From positions 192,001 through 256,000 of the forward strand of contig OY969767.1 in NCBI GenBank assembly GCA_963702895.1: 64,000 bases of DNA, in the 5' to 3' direction. This stretch comes from an uncultured Elusimicrobia bacterium (lineage in GTDB: Bacteria > Elusimicrobiota > Elusimicrobia > 2-01-FULL-59-12). The position numbers and the translations under genes were made by a program. Below, in pieces: positions 49,778 to 60,543 of the stretch. The notes below the pieces were generated by a model. The model saw only the letters and a program-made list of their open reading frames with translations. It was not told where the DNA came from and ran no database searches. The stretch's first letter is position 1. Each line of letters starts with the position of its first letter.

Positions 49778-51616
49778 TCAGTCGCGAGAGCGCCGTCCGA
49801 GGGCGATGACCGCGATTTGAGAAGCGGAAAAAGCCACAATCCAAAAGAAGGCTTTGTCCATGAAGCCGTAAGAGTGCAAGCCAATGCCCAGCATGTTGAC
49901 GCCAAACCAGGAAAAAGCGGTCACGACGTTTCCAAAAACGGCCATCGCCAGGATGCCCGCTCTGCCGCAGAAATTGCCGATGCGCGCATGCAGGATCAGC
50001 GCGTTCCAGAGCACAATCAACAGGGCCCCGTTTTCCTTGGGGTCCCAGCCCCAGAAGCGTCCCCAGGACTGATCGGCCCAGATGCCTCCCAGAATTGTGC
50101 CGAGGAAGCTGAAAAAGAGGCTAAAGCAAACGACACCATAAACCATTCGCTCAATTGAGGCGGCCGCTTGTTCTGTCCAGGAGCGGTCATAGCGTTGGCG
50201 GATGATAGAGACCACGGCCAAAAACCCGGAGAGGAAGGTCGATCCGTAGCCAATGGTGATCGTGACGACGTGAGTCGCCAGCCAAAAGTTGGAATCCAGG
50301 ACCGCCCGCATCATTTCCATCGTGTCGCCCGTGGTGGCAAGATGATGGGCAATGATCAGCGTGATGAAGCCGATCGCGGACCCGACGGCGCTTCCGACGC
50401 CATTTCTGTGGAGGCGCTCAAGGATGAGACCCAAAAGGACCGCGACCCATCCCACAAAGATGGCGGAAGAGTAAAGATTGGTGACCGGCGGCCGCCCCTG
50501 CAGAATAACGCGACAGGCCAGCCCCAGCGTGTGGGCCCCAAAGGCAAGGACGAGAAGCGCAAAGGCCGTACGGTTGAGCTCACGGGGCCAGAAGATCCAG
50601 GACAAAGACGCGAGAATGAGAGCCAGAACATAAATCACCAGGCTTCGATAAAAGGCCTGGAAGTGATTGAAGATGAACTCACGACGACCATGGGCGGCGT
50701 CCGTGCGCGCCATTTTCGTGAGCCATAGGCGGTAGTCGGCGATGGCTTGATTAAACGCCTCAGACTCATCTGCTCGCCAAGCATCCCCCATTTGGGCGTA
50801 AGCCAGGACGGCGGGATGAAAGGCGTCTTGACGGATCCGGCTGAGCACTCCATTGCCATAGGTCATCCAAGATTCCTGTTTCCACCACCCCGCGGGGGGG
50901 AGGGGGTAGAATTCCGCGGCCTCGTCCAGGAACCGGTAGCGCTCCAGATCTTTTATGAAAGGAGCCATGAGACCTTTCGCGTGGGCGGAGCTGGACATAT
51001 GGGCCTTGAGCGCCGGCCCCAGGCGCGTTTCAAAGTCACGGAGGCTCTTCATCGCGTCGCCTGTCCCGGCAATCTGCAGAGTGTTTTGCAGTTTTTGATA
51101 CAGGTTGATATGGCTGTGAAGATTGAGAATAGCCCGTTGATAAGGTGTCCGCTGGCCGGGCTTAAAAGAGTCTGCTTGCATGGCTTGGCGTTCGATTTCC
51201 TGGGCATGGGCCTGGAGATCGTTCCAAGAAAAACGGCGCTGGCTCGTTTGCACAATGCCCATGGCACCCAGGACATCGGGGTTGTCAATCGTGAAAACTT
51301 TATAGGCAGCGGCCTTGTCTTGTTTGAAGAGTACATCCACGAGCCAAGTAAGGGCTTTCAAAGACCCTTCAGGGGTGCGGACCGTTTGCTTGCCGGAAAG
51401 GATGAGCAGAGAGTTGCGCGCGATGGTATCGAGAGGCTTGGTGCGCCCGCCGTTAAGAACGGGGAGTTCTCCAAAGTCCCTCAGGTCGAAGGGCGACTTG
51501 GCTTTGCCTGGGAAGAGACCTGCGACAAGCCATAAGCTGATGAGAGTCGTGAAGATCGCAGGCAGTCGTCTCGTGAAGGATGTTGCTCGGGGGGGTGCGG
51601 GCCGCATGTGCGCCAT
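49778..51616 (-). CDS. ccsA: Cytochrome c biogenesis protein, system II (CcsA-type, extended periplasmic domain)
   Basis: WWD motif GGIWADQSWGRFWGWDPKE, WLATHV, GLHSYG. Confidence 0.9.
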   Translation of the reverse strand: MAHMRPAPPRATSFTRRLPAIFTTLISLWLVAGLFPGKAKSPFDLRDFGELPVLNGGRTKPLDTIARNSLLILSGKQTVRTPEGSLKALTWLVDVLFKQDKAAAYKVFTIDNPDVLGAMGIVQTSQRRFSWNDLQAHAQEIERQAMQADSFKPGQRTPYQRAILNLHSHINLYQKLQNTLQIAGTGDAMKSLRDFETRLGPALKAHMSSSAHAKGLMAPFIKDLERYRFLDEAAEFYPLPPAGWWKQESWMTYGNGVLSRIRQDAFHPAVLAYAQMGDAWRADESEAFNQAIADYRLWLTKMARTDAAHGRREFIFNHFQAFYRSLVIYVLALILASLSWIFWPRELNRTAFALLVLAFGAHTLGLACRVILQGRPPVTNLYSSAIFVGWVAVLLGLILERLHRNGVGSAVGSAIGFITLIIAHHLATTGDTMEMMRAVLDSNFWLATHVVTITIGYGSTFLSGFLAVVSIIRQRYDRSWTEQAAASIERMVYGVVCFSLFFSFLGTILGGIWADQSWGRFWGWDPKENGALLIVLWNALILHARIGNFCGRAGILAMAVFGNVVTAFSWFGVNMLGIGLHSYGFMDKAFFWIVAFSASQIAVIALGRRSRD

Positions 51617-51645
51617 TCTAATAGATTCTCGGCTTGCGAAGTGAC

Positions 51646-53841
51646 TCAGAGACGTTCAAGGCTCGCGTACTTGACTAGGAGTTTTTTCCACTGGCCGTTG
51701 TCAAAGAGGACCACCACTTTGAGAGATTCGCCGGCACCGCTTTTCTCCATGATTTTTCCGTTGCCGAATTCGGCATGCCGCACGCGAGCGCCCACTTGAA
51801 ACGGCGTCCCGAGTCTCGCGTCCAGGGTCCCGAACCCTGCATCGTGGGCGGATCTCTTGTCCAAAGAGACTTCTTGCATGGTCTGAGCCGACGCGGGACT
51901 CGAGACGCGAGACACAGGACGTATGGAAACGCCAGCTTCCTCTATAAAGCGCGAAGGGGCGTTCCAGCGCGCGTGGCCAAAGAGTCGGCGGCTTGCCGCC
52001 CAGGTGAAATGAAGTTCACGTTTCGCGCGCGTCATGCCCACATAGCAAAGGCGGCGCTCTTCCTCCAGGTCTTCCTGCGAAAAATCTGATTCCCCGATGG
52101 GAAAGAGCCCTTCCTCCATGCCGGTCAGAAAAACGCTCGTAAACTCGAGCCCCTTGGCGAGGTGGACGGTCATGAGCGTCACGTAATTGGGGCCGGATTC
52201 GATTTCATCGGTGTCCGCCACCAGCGACACCTGCTCGAGAAACCCCGCTGTCGATTTATCCTCGGAGGATTCCAGGTATTCTTCCACCGCGTTCAACAAT
52301 TCCCGGATATTGGCAGCCCTGGCTTGGGACTCGGCATCGTCGTCACATTCCAGCTCTTTGAGGTAGCCCGTGGCCTCCAGGACCCCGGCCGCCATTTCAT
52401 AAGCGTTGAAGAGGTCGCGTTTGGCCATCAGCTCCGAGAGCAACTTGTGGAACTCGAAGGCAGCGGTCTTCGCGCGAGACGTAAGGCCGGGGATCTCTCT
52501 GGCCTTCTCGAGAGCATTGAAAAGGGAGAGCTTATGTTCCTGGGCGTACTTTTCAAGGGCCTCCAGCGTCGTTTTGCCCAGCGCCCGGGCCGGAACGTTG
52601 ATGATGCGCTTGAGGCTCAAGGTGTCCGCGGGGTTCATGATGACGCGCAGATAGGCGATCACATTCCTCACTTCCGCCCGCTCATAGAAGCGTACAGAAC
52701 CAATGATCTTATAAGGGATTTCCAGGCGCCTGAGCGCGTCTTCCAGGACGCGCGATTGCGCGTTGATCCGGTAAAACACGGCGAAGTCCGCGTACCGATA
52801 GTCCGCACTCCGTGTTTTCTGGTAGATGGCGCTCGCCACGGCGAGCGCCTCTTCCCTCTCGTCCGCGAATTCGGTCGCGGAGACCGGGTCTCCCGTCATT
52901 TTTTCCGTCCAGAGCTTCTTGTCCTTGCGAAATTGGTTATGGCGGACCACGCTCCAGGCCGCGTCCAAGATCGGCTTGGTGGAACGGTAGTTCTGCTCGA
53001 GCTTGACGACTTTCGCTTCGGGGTATTCCTTTTCAAACTCGAGGATATTGCGGATGTCCGCTCCCCTCCATACATAGACACATTGGTCATCGTCCCCGAC
53101 GACGCAAAGGTTGCGGTGCTGGGCGGAGAGGGTCTTGATGAGGACATACTGCGCGCGGTTGGTGTCCTGATACTCATCGACCATGATGTGCTGGAAGCGC
53201 TGCTGGAGTTTTTCGCGCACCTGAGCCGTGTCACGCAGGAGTTCCACGCTTTTCATGATGAGATCGCCAAAATCGAGCGCGTTCGAAGCGATGAGCTTTT
53301 TCTGGTAGAGGTGATAGACCGAGGCCACCATCTGGCGAAAGGGGTCTGGGGACGTGAGCGCATGGATTTGATAGGAAGCAGCATCAATGAGCTCATCTTT
53401 GGAGCGCGAAATCATGGCGACGAGCACCCCGGGCTTAAATTTCTTCTCGTCGAGACTGAGCTCGGCGAGGCAATCTTTCACGAGCTCTTTTTGATCATGA
53501 TCGTCATAGATCACAAAATGAGGGGAAAGCTGGATCGCCTTGCCTTCGCGCCGCAAGAGTTGCGCGCAAAACCGGTGGAAGGTGGAGATGAGGACCCCTT
53601 GTCCCCGGCCTCCGGTCAATTGGTCGACGCGGTGGCGCATTTCTTCCGCCGCCTTGTTCGTAAAGGTGACCGCAAGGATATTCCAGGGGGCCGCGCCGCC
53701 TTCCAGGAGGTGGACGATCCGGGAGGTGATCACGCGGGTTTTGCCGGATCCCGCGCCAGCAAGGATCAGAAGCGGTCCCTTGATGTGCAGGACCGCTTCC
53801 CGTTGGGGATCGTTTAAGGATGAAAGCCAGGAATTGCTCAT
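51646..53841 (-). CDS. pcrA: ATP-dependent DNA helicase PcrA/UvrD
   Basis: AGAGSGKT, DEYQDTN, LEQNYRST, TVHLAKGLEF, EERRLCYVGMTRA, C-terminal Tudor-like domain. Confidence 0.96.
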   Translation of the reverse strand: MSNSWLSSLNDPQREAVLHIKGPLLILAGAGSGKTRVITSRIVHLLEGGAAPWNILAVTFTNKAAEEMRHRVDQLTGGRGQGVLISTFHRFCAQLLRREGKAIQLSPHFVIYDDHDQKELVKDCLAELSLDEKKFKPGVLVAMISRSKDELIDAASYQIHALTSPDPFRQMVASVYHLYQKKLIASNALDFGDLIMKSVELLRDTAQVREKLQQRFQHIMVDEYQDTNRAQYVLIKTLSAQHRNLCVVGDDDQCVYVWRGADIRNILEFEKEYPEAKVVKLEQNYRSTKPILDAAWSVVRHNQFRKDKKLWTEKMTGDPVSATEFADEREEALAVASAIYQKTRSADYRYADFAVFYRINAQSRVLEDALRRLEIPYKIIGSVRFYERAEVRNVIAYLRVIMNPADTLSLKRIINVPARALGKTTLEALEKYAQEHKLSLFNALEKAREIPGLTSRAKTAAFEFHKLLSELMAKRDLFNAYEMAAGVLEATGYLKELECDDDAESQARAANIRELLNAVEEYLESSEDKSTAGFLEQVSLVADTDEIESGPNYVTLMTVHLAKGLEFTSVFLTGMEEGLFPIGESDFSQEDLEEERRLCYVGMTRAKRELHFTWAASRRLFGHARWNAPSRFIEEAGVSIRPVSRVSSPASAQTMQEVSLDKRSAHDAGFGTLDARLGTPFQVGARVRHAEFGNGKIMEKSGAGESLKVVVLFDNGQWKKLLVKYASLERL

Positions 53842-53852
53842 GGTTTGGAACG

Positions 53853-55065
53853 CTATTCGTAGAAATGGATCGCTTGCAGGATGGCCTGCCAATCCTGCGC
53901 CATTTGTCGCATCAGTCGTGAATCTCCCTCTAAATTGAACAACCACCGCGCTCGGGGACTCCACACCCAGAGGTCCTGGCCGCGAACAAAGCGACCTTTC
54001 ACCGTATTCTCATAAACCAGCTGATAGGCCGGAAGACCGTGGAAAGGTTCTTCCGATTCCAGGACGATCGTAGAAACCCTTCACTTTAAGGGACTTGCGC
54101 GCTTCTTCCTTTTCTTGCGGTGTCATTTCCCGAGAGGAAGCTGCCAAGGTATCAACCACCGCTGAAAACGCCAACTGCATTTTATCACGGGCAATGGTAG
54201 CACCAAGTTGTCGGTCGTCTGCGACACCGATCAGCCAATCTTCAGGGATCTCGATTTTGGCGCCCCCGGTCTGATGCACCCAGAGGCCGCCGTGAGAGGG
54301 GGCCTTCAATTTGCCGGAGCCTTCCCGTGAGAGCAAGTGGATGGTGCTGAGCCAATTTTGGTAATCCTGCACGATCCAGGGGAAGCTGTCGCGAGCGGCT
54401 TTGAGCGTCAGAACATAAAAGCGGTTATCTTTGAAGAAGTAGACCGACTGGTGCTGCGTCGTGCCTTCCGTCCCCTCCAGGAGCCATGTGACTTCGTAGG
54501 CGTTTTGCCCGGCCAGCGTCCGGGTCGTGCCGGCCAGGAGGCGTGAGCCTGCGGAGCGAACTGCAAGGTCACGGGTCGCAAAGTTTTTGAGGATGTCGAC
54601 GGATGTGTCCGAAGACAGGCGCGAGGGATCCACAGGTTCCGAGATCTGGCAGACGATCGAGGCCTCTGTTCCTTCCTGGGTTTTGCGGGTGAGAAGCGGC
54701 CCAAAAGGAAAGGAGGAGCCCATCTCCCAGTTTGCTGGGATTCCGAAGCTGAGCTTGGCGTCGCTGAAGAACAGGCGCGGCGGTGTGTCGACGGCAGCGC
54801 AGAGCGAGCAGAGCAAAGTGAGCAGCGAGCAAGCCAAGAACAAGGAATGTCCTAGCCGGAAATAATGTCTTGTATTATGCTTATCAGTGTAGGTGTTGGA
54901 AAAATATTTCTCCGTCATCCCGGCATGTCGTAAGCCGGGATCCATCATGGAATTTACATCAATGATAGACCCCGGCTGACGTCCGCCGGGGTGACGGCTT
55001 AGCTGAGCTATTTCATTCAGTTGTTTGCTCGGCTCTGTTCGCTGCTCTCTGTTCGCTCTCGTCAT
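53853..55065 (-). pseudogene. Exported protein with two PsbP/DcrB-like repeats; apparent frameshift near 54071
   Basis: Shifted frame continues TIVLESEEPFHGLPAYQLVYE...QDWQAILQAIHFYE*, mirroring the first domain (QDYQNWLSTIHL). Confidence 0.6.
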
Positions 55066-56213
55066 TAGCGGTGCTCCATCAAAACCACGGTTTCCACATG
55101 CGCCGTATGGGGGAACAGGTCCACCGGTTGCGCACTCGCTATCCTATAAAAGGGAACGAGGCCTTGGAGGTCTCTCGCGAGCGATTCAGGGTTGCAAGAG
55201 ACATAAGCGAGGCGTGGGGGGTTGATTTCAAGCAAGGCCGAAAGCGCCTTCGGGTGAAGTCCAACGCGCGGTGGATCAACGACCATGGCGGAGATTTGGA
55301 TGGACACTTTTGAGCCGGGAAGCTTCTTCAGGAATTCAAGCGCGTCTTCACAGACAAACTCCACATTCTGGAGCTCATTGAGCTTTGCGTTCTTGAGAGC
55401 GTCTTCAATCGCGCTCTGGTTGGAGTCAATGCCGATGACCCGCTCAAAAGCGTCAGCCAGGGCGAGTGTGATGCCGCCGGAACCGCAATAGAGGTCAAGT
55501 AAGGTTCCGCCGATGGAGGACCCCCAATCCCTCAGCAGCGCATAGAGCCTTTCCGTTCCATGGGTATTGGTCTGGAAAAATGAAAACGGAGAAATCTGAT
55601 AGGTGCGGTTGATCAAACGCTCCGTGATGCTGCCTGGGCCCCAGAGAAGGCGCATCTCCTTGGCCTGGGCGACGTCGCTTTTGTCGTCTGTCACGCCAAG
55701 CCATAAGGTGGAAAGGCTGTCACGGAAGTCCTCAAGCGTCTTCGTCGCGAACTTCGATGCGCCGAGGGAGGTCGCAAGCAGAACGCCCATGCGATCACCG
55801 GTGTTCTTGCCCTCACGCAGGACAAGATAGCGCAAATCTCCTTCATGCCGTTTTCGGTGGTAGCCCGTGAGACTCTGGCTTTTGGCCCAGGCGCGGACGC
55901 GCTGAAGGAGGCTCACGGCATGTTCCGACATCAGCCCGCAGGTCTGCAGGTCCACGACGCGGTCGAATCGCCCTTCTTGCCGGAGCCCCAGGACGAGCGC
56001 GTCGTCCCAGACGGCGAAGGCAAACTCCATTTTATTCCGATAGTGCCAGGGTTCAGGTGAAGGGAGAATCGGCTTCCAAGCGCGCACTTCATAGGGCTTG
56101 AGAAGATCCTTCACGAGGGTTTCTTTTTTGATGAGCTCTTCCGGGTAAGGCAGAGGACGCCCCCCAGGCTGGCAGCGACAGCCCCCGCAAACCCCAAAAT
56201 GCATGCAATTCAT
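55065..56213 (-). CDS. rlmD: 23S rRNA (uracil-5)-methyltransferase RlmD/RumA
   Basis: C.HFGVCGGC, YRNKM.F, SFFQTN, DLYCGSG, DPPR.G, YVSCNP, DLFPHT.HVE. Confidence 0.93.
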   Translation of the reverse strand: MNCMHFGVCGGCRCQPGGRPLPYPEELIKKETLVKDLLKPYEVRAWKPILPSPEPWHYRNKMEFAFAVWDDALVLGLRQEGRFDRVVDLQTCGLMSEHAVSLLQRVRAWAKSQSLTGYHRKRHEGDLRYLVLREGKNTGDRMGVLLATSLGASKFATKTLEDFRDSLSTLWLGVTDDKSDVAQAKEMRLLWGPGSITERLINRTYQISPFSFFQTNTHGTERLYALLRDWGSSIGGTLLDLYCGSGGITLALADAFERVIGIDSNQSAIEDALKNAKLNELQNVEFVCEDALEFLKKLPGSKVSIQISAMVVDPPRVGLHPKALSALLEINPPRLAYVSCNPESLARDLQGLVPFYRIASAQPVDLFPHTAHVETVVLMEHR

Positions 56214-56274
56214 GGGGTCAAAATCATCGCATTTTTTCGTTGCAAATTTTTCCTGAAGGTGGTAGGAATACGTC

Positions 56275-57375
56275 ATGTCTATTCCTCCTTCCTCTCCGCT
56301 GCCTACGTCGGCGGATGACTACGGACCCATCACGCCTTATCTGGCATCCCACGATGTGTCGGAAATTATGGTGAATGGCCCCAACAAAATCTTTATCGAG
56401 CAGTTCGGTAAAATTACGCAGGTCGAGCGAAGGTTTCCGACGGAAGGGGAGGTGCTGCGGGTCGTGCGTCAGCTCTTAGCCCTGGCAGGCAAAACCATGT
56501 CTCCACAAAACCCCATGATCGATTGCCGCTTGAGCGACGGCTCACGCATGACGGTGACCACGCCGCCGGTCACGGCCCAAACCTGTTTTACCATTCGCCG
56601 GCCGACCCACCAAACGCATGATTTGAGCGAGCTCGTGACCCGAGGGGCCTTGTCCACGGCCATGGCGGATGTCTTGCGCATTGCGGTCCAGATGCGCTTG
56701 AACATCCTCATTTCGGGGGGGACAAGCAGCGGCAAAACAACCCTCTTAAATGCTTTGGCATCCTGTATTCCGAAAACGAGCCGCATTGTGACCATCGAAG
56801 ACACGTACGAGATCTCCCTCTCCCATCCCAACTGGCTGGCGCTCGAGACGGTGACACAGGGCCGAGGCGAAGGCAGGGCCGTCATTGGCATACGAGCGCT
56901 CGTCTCCCATGCGCTCCATTTGCGACCAGACCGAATCCTCCTGGGGGAAATTCGTGGTGGTGAAGCTTTGGATGTGCTGCAGGCCATGAACTCGGGCCAT
57001 GACGGCTCCATGGCCACCATTCACGCCAGCTCCCCTATGGACGTGATTTCCAGGCTTGAGACGTTGGTTCTTATGGCGGGCTATGAAATCCCTCTCACCG
57101 CAGTCCGTCAGCAGATCGCGCGCGCCATTCATCTCATTGTGCAGACGCGTCGCGCGGCCGATGGCAACCGCCAAATCCTTGCGATCAGTGAAGTCAAGGG
57201 CATGGAGGAGGGACGTGTCATGATGCAGGATATATTCATGTTTGGACGCAATAAAGCGGGGCAAGTGGGCTATTTCGCGACCGGTTACGCGCCCCTCTTT
57301 CTGCAACAAGCCGCAGCTTACGGGATCCAAATCCCCGGTCATCTCTTCTCTCTTTCACCTTCCTCAAACGGATAA
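56275..57375 (+). CDS. CpaF/TadA family secretion ATPase
   Basis: EIMVNG, DGSR, GGTSSGKTT, TIED, RPDRILLGE.RG.EA, GHDGSM.TIHA. Confidence 0.92.
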   Translation: MSIPPSSPLPTSADDYGPITPYLASHDVSEIMVNGPNKIFIEQFGKITQVERRFPTEGEVLRVVRQLLALAGKTMSPQNPMIDCRLSDGSRMTVTTPPVTAQTCFTIRRPTHQTHDLSELVTRGALSTAMADVLRIAVQMRLNILISGGTSSGKTTLLNALASCIPKTSRIVTIEDTYEISLSHPNWLALETVTQGRGEGRAVIGIRALVSHALHLRPDRILLGEIRGGEALDVLQAMNSGHDGSMATIHASSPMDVISRLETLVLMAGYEIPLTAVRQQIARAIHLIVQTRRAADGNRQILAISEVKGMEEGRVMMQDIFMFGRNKAGQVGYFATGYAPLFLQQAAAYGIQIPGHLFSLSPSSNG

Positions 57376-57393
57376 AATTGCTATTGTTGTCCT

Positions 57394-57798
57394 ATGAATT
57401 GGCCTCGTATCGGCAGGGGTGGAGCTTTGGCCGCGCTTGCGCTCTTGGTGTATGACATGGGGGTGATGGTGCTCAGCCAGAGAATCTTCGTTTCAGAGCC
57501 TAATTTGGCGTGGGCCGAGCTCGGCCCGATCGCGCTTTCTTTGATTCTGCCCAACCTGGTCACCGGCTTTCTGCTTTGCTGGATGTATGTGCTCGCGAGG
57601 CCTCGTCTTGGCCCTGGCCCGAAAACCGCGATTTTGACGGGAACGATAGGTTTTGCCTTCGCGAACCCGCATTACTTTGGCGTGACGGTCTTCCTGGTTT
57701 CTGGACTGGGGGCGTTCCTGCAAATCGGAGCGGTCTGGCTGAAATTCGCTTTAGCGACCTACCTGGCGGGATGGCAGTACCTTGAGAAGGCTCCATAG
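57394..57798 (+). CDS. Small membrane protein
   Basis: Four hydrophobic segments; RPRLGPGPKTA. Confidence 0.65.
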   Translation: MNWPRIGRGGALAALALLVYDMGVMVLSQRIFVSEPNLAWAELGPIALSLILPNLVTGFLLCWMYVLARPRLGPGPKTAILTGTIGFAFANPHYFGVTVFLVSGLGAFLQIGAVWLKFALATYLAGWQYLEKAP

Positions 57799-58603
57799 TA
57801 CCTTCCCAAAGCAGATCGTTGATAGCAGAAGCCGAAAGAGTCAGCTTCAAGCGTTTTTGCTTTTTGCTTTCGTTTTTCTGCTCTCTCCTTTTGCGACGGC
57901 TGCCGATTCTGCTTTGGGCATGGTGTCCGGGTTCGTGAAGTTTCCGGGGGAAACCCCCCCACGCCACATGTTCGCCAATCCCGCCGATCACGACTGTCCG
58001 CATGGCATCCCTCAGAACCATCTGGTCGTCAAACAAGAGACGCGAGGGCTCGCCAACGCTTTGGTCGTCCTTGATCGCAAGGAGAAAAGAATCATGCCGT
58101 CCCTTCTGAAGTCGGAGCTTGCGACGGTCGGCTGTCAACTTCGGCCGCGGATGCAATGGGCGGCGCTGGGAACAAGCCTGGCGTTATTCAACAAGGATGG
58201 GGCCTCTCATCGCTTGCGCGCCTACCGAAAAGACGATGTGCTCTTCGATGTCAAGCTCGGTCCGGGAGGGCCTCCCGTGCGCCGGCCCCTGGTGGTGGCC
58301 GGTCTCTACAAAATTAATTGCGGCCGGCATCCTTGGGAGAGGGCCTGGATCTATGTCTCTCCCCATGATTCCGTCGCCGTCTCGGACCAGGAGGGACGCT
58401 TCCTGATCAAGAATGTCCCGCCGGGGCACTATCGACTTCGTGTCCGACATGAAGGATGGGATCTCGACACTTTCAATAAGGGCACGCGACTGGAGTACAT
58501 CCCCATGCAAGAAGATAAGCCGGTCCTGGTCCAGAAGGATCAGAATGCCGAAGTGATTTTCGACAACCTCACCGGCGGACTTGAATTCGATCCTGCAAAT
58601 TGA
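57782..58603 (+). CDS. Exported protein with cupredoxin-like and carboxypeptidase-regulatory-like domains
   Basis: GC...PR, C.RHPWE.AWIYV, D.EGRF.I.NVPPG.Y. Confidence 0.7.
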   Translation: MRRLHSTFPKQIVDSRSRKSQLQAFLLFAFVFLLSPFATAADSALGMVSGFVKFPGETPPRHMFANPADHDCPHGIPQNHLVVKQETRGLANALVVLDRKEKRIMPSLLKSELATVGCQLRPRMQWAALGTSLALFNKDGASHRLRAYRKDDVLFDVKLGPGGPPVRRPLVVAGLYKINCGRHPWERAWIYVSPHDSVAVSDQEGRFLIKNVPPGHYRLRVRHEGWDLDTFNKGTRLEYIPMQEDKPVLVQKDQNAEVIFDNLTGGLEFDPAN

Positions 58604-58732
58604 GGCCAGGGGCCCAATTTGATATAAGGGCGTGTTCAAAAAAATCCCCAACAACATGAAAAAGAACACGACGCCAGGTCCCCGGCCGTTCGGCAGACTC
58701 TATTTAACAGACAGGTCCCGTCGGGAGCTGAG

Positions 58733-59461
58733 ATGACGCTTCGTCAATATTCCGCATTATTCGCGATGGCCGCCTTTTTTCTGGTTTTTGCGGGCGGCAG
58801 GGTGGCGAGCACAGACTCGGCCCTTGCGGTCATGGTGATCACGATGGTGGTGCTTTTGACGGTGATCCTGGCCGTCTGGCTCTGGCACAAAGGGGGCGAG
58901 CCCTTGCTCAAGAAAGCGGGGCTTGTGGCGGTCGCGCTTGTGGGCGCGCAAGGGGCCTTGGGCGTTGCGGCGGCACTTCGCGAGCTCCCAGCGGTCTCTT
59001 CGGTGGGCCAAGCCTGCCTTGGACAACTCTTCTTTGGATGGACCTGTTGCATAGCGGCCATGGTGTGGTCGAGACGTTCAGCCTTTCCCTACCCCGAGGC
59101 CCGTCCACTCCGCAGGCTGGCTCTCATGACGACAGGCTTCGCATTTTTCCAGCTCCTCTCGGGCGCGATCTATCGGCAGACGGGCTTCTTGCTGCATGTT
59201 CATTTCTTGGGCGCCGCGCTGGTCTTTGCTCATGTCCTCTTGCTTGCCAAACGATTGCGAAGCACCCTGAGACAGGATTTTTGGTTCGCCAGACTCGCGA
59301 TGATTCTGGTCGGGCTTGCGTTTCTGCAGATCAGCTTGGGCTTCTACGCCTGGCAGCGTCCGACCCTTCCCAACACCGCCGCGCATGTGGCGGTCGGGGC
59401 GCTGATCCTGGCGGGATGTGCTGTCGTTTCTCTGCAGAGTTTTCGGAGAGTCGGCGCTTGA
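58733..59461 (+). CDS. COX15/CtaA (heme A synthase)-like membrane protein, degenerate N-terminal half
   Basis: GG.V.S.DS.LA, Q..LG, HVHFLGA, AHVAVGAL. Confidence 0.65.
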   Translation: MTLRQYSALFAMAAFFLVFAGGRVASTDSALAVMVITMVVLLTVILAVWLWHKGGEPLLKKAGLVAVALVGAQGALGVAAALRELPAVSSVGQACLGQLFFGWTCCIAAMVWSRRSAFPYPEARPLRRLALMTTGFAFFQLLSGAIYRQTGFLLHVHFLGAALVFAHVLLLAKRLRSTLRQDFWFARLAMILVGLAFLQISLGFYAWQRPTLPNTAAHVAVGALILAGCAVVSLQSFRRVGA

Positions 59462-60540
59462 TGGCCTCAAGGGACGCCATTGCTGTTGAACACCTTCACC
59501 ATACCTATCCCGCCAAGCGGCCGTCTAAAGTCGAGCATCAGGCGCTCCAGGACGTCACCTTCACGGTTCAAGTGGGGGAAATGTTCGCTTTGCTGGGGCC
59601 CAACGGCGGCGGCAAAAGCACCACGTTTTACATCCTGTCGACCTTTTTCCTCCCAGCGCGGGAACGGCGGTCCTTTTTGGCCATGATGTGGTCAAAAACC
59701 CAGAATCCGTCCGCCGTGATCTGGGCGTGGTTTTTCAGTCGCCGGGTCTGGACGGGAAACTCACCGTCCAAGAAAATCTCCTCCACCAGGGGCACCTCTA
59801 TGGCCTCTCAGGCCAGGCCCTCCAGGAGCGTATCGCACTTCTGTTGTCCCGGATGGGACTCGCCTCCCGGAGTGCGGCTTTTGTGGAGACGCTCTCCGGA
59901 GGGCTTAAGCGCCGCGTGGAAATCGCCAAAGGCCTCCTGCACAAACCGAAGCTTTTGCTTCTGGATGAGCCCTCCACGGGCCTTGACCCCGCTTCACGGC
60001 GTGATCTCTGGGACCTTCTTCTCGAACTCAAAAACAAAGAACAGGTGACGATCGTGGTCACGACCCACTTGATGGAAGAGGCGGAGAAGTGTGACCGTGT
60101 CGCGATCTTAAATGAAGGGCGACTCGTGGCTCTCGGTACGCCCGCGGAGCTCAAGCATGAGATCGGCGGCGATATCATTTCCCTTGAGAGCGCGCAGCCC
60201 GCTCGTCTCCAAGAGGCCATCGAAAAGCAATACGGTGAGCGTGTTCAGGTGATCGGGCCAACACTCCGAATGGAACGTTCCAAGGGCCATGAATTTATCC
60301 CGAAGCTGGTTGCGGATTTTCCCGGCCTGATTCAATCCGTGACCTTAAGCAAGCCGACGTTGGAGGACGTCTTTATCAAACGGACCGGCCACCGGTTGTG
60401 GAGCGGGAATAAGTCCTCCCCCCTGGTGGGGGAGGAGGCAGGTGGGGGGGAGAACCCCCATCCCGGCCTTCCCCCACTCCGCCACTACGGCTCGGCGGAC
60501 GCGCCGACGACTCAGTGGCGCGAAGGGGGGAAGGGGATTT
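59461..60540 (+). pseudogene. ABC ATP-binding protein (DrrA-like), frameshifted near 59650; 3' end disrupted by a repeat
   Basis: GPNGGGKST in one frame; LSGG..RRVEIA, LDEPSTGLD and PTLEDVF in another. Confidence 0.8.
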
Positions 60541-60543
60541 GCG

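Noticed and set aside
52162..53817. 551-aa plus-strand ORF (and similar long antisense ORFs such as 5182-6180, 2703-3677, 62173-63150)
   Set aside because: These are shadows of well-supported genes on the opposite strand in GC-rich DNA and contain no recognisable motifs.
56275..57375. Tad pilus or conjugation locus
   Set aside because: Only the ATPase is present; there are no tadB/C, pilin or T4SS genes adjacent.
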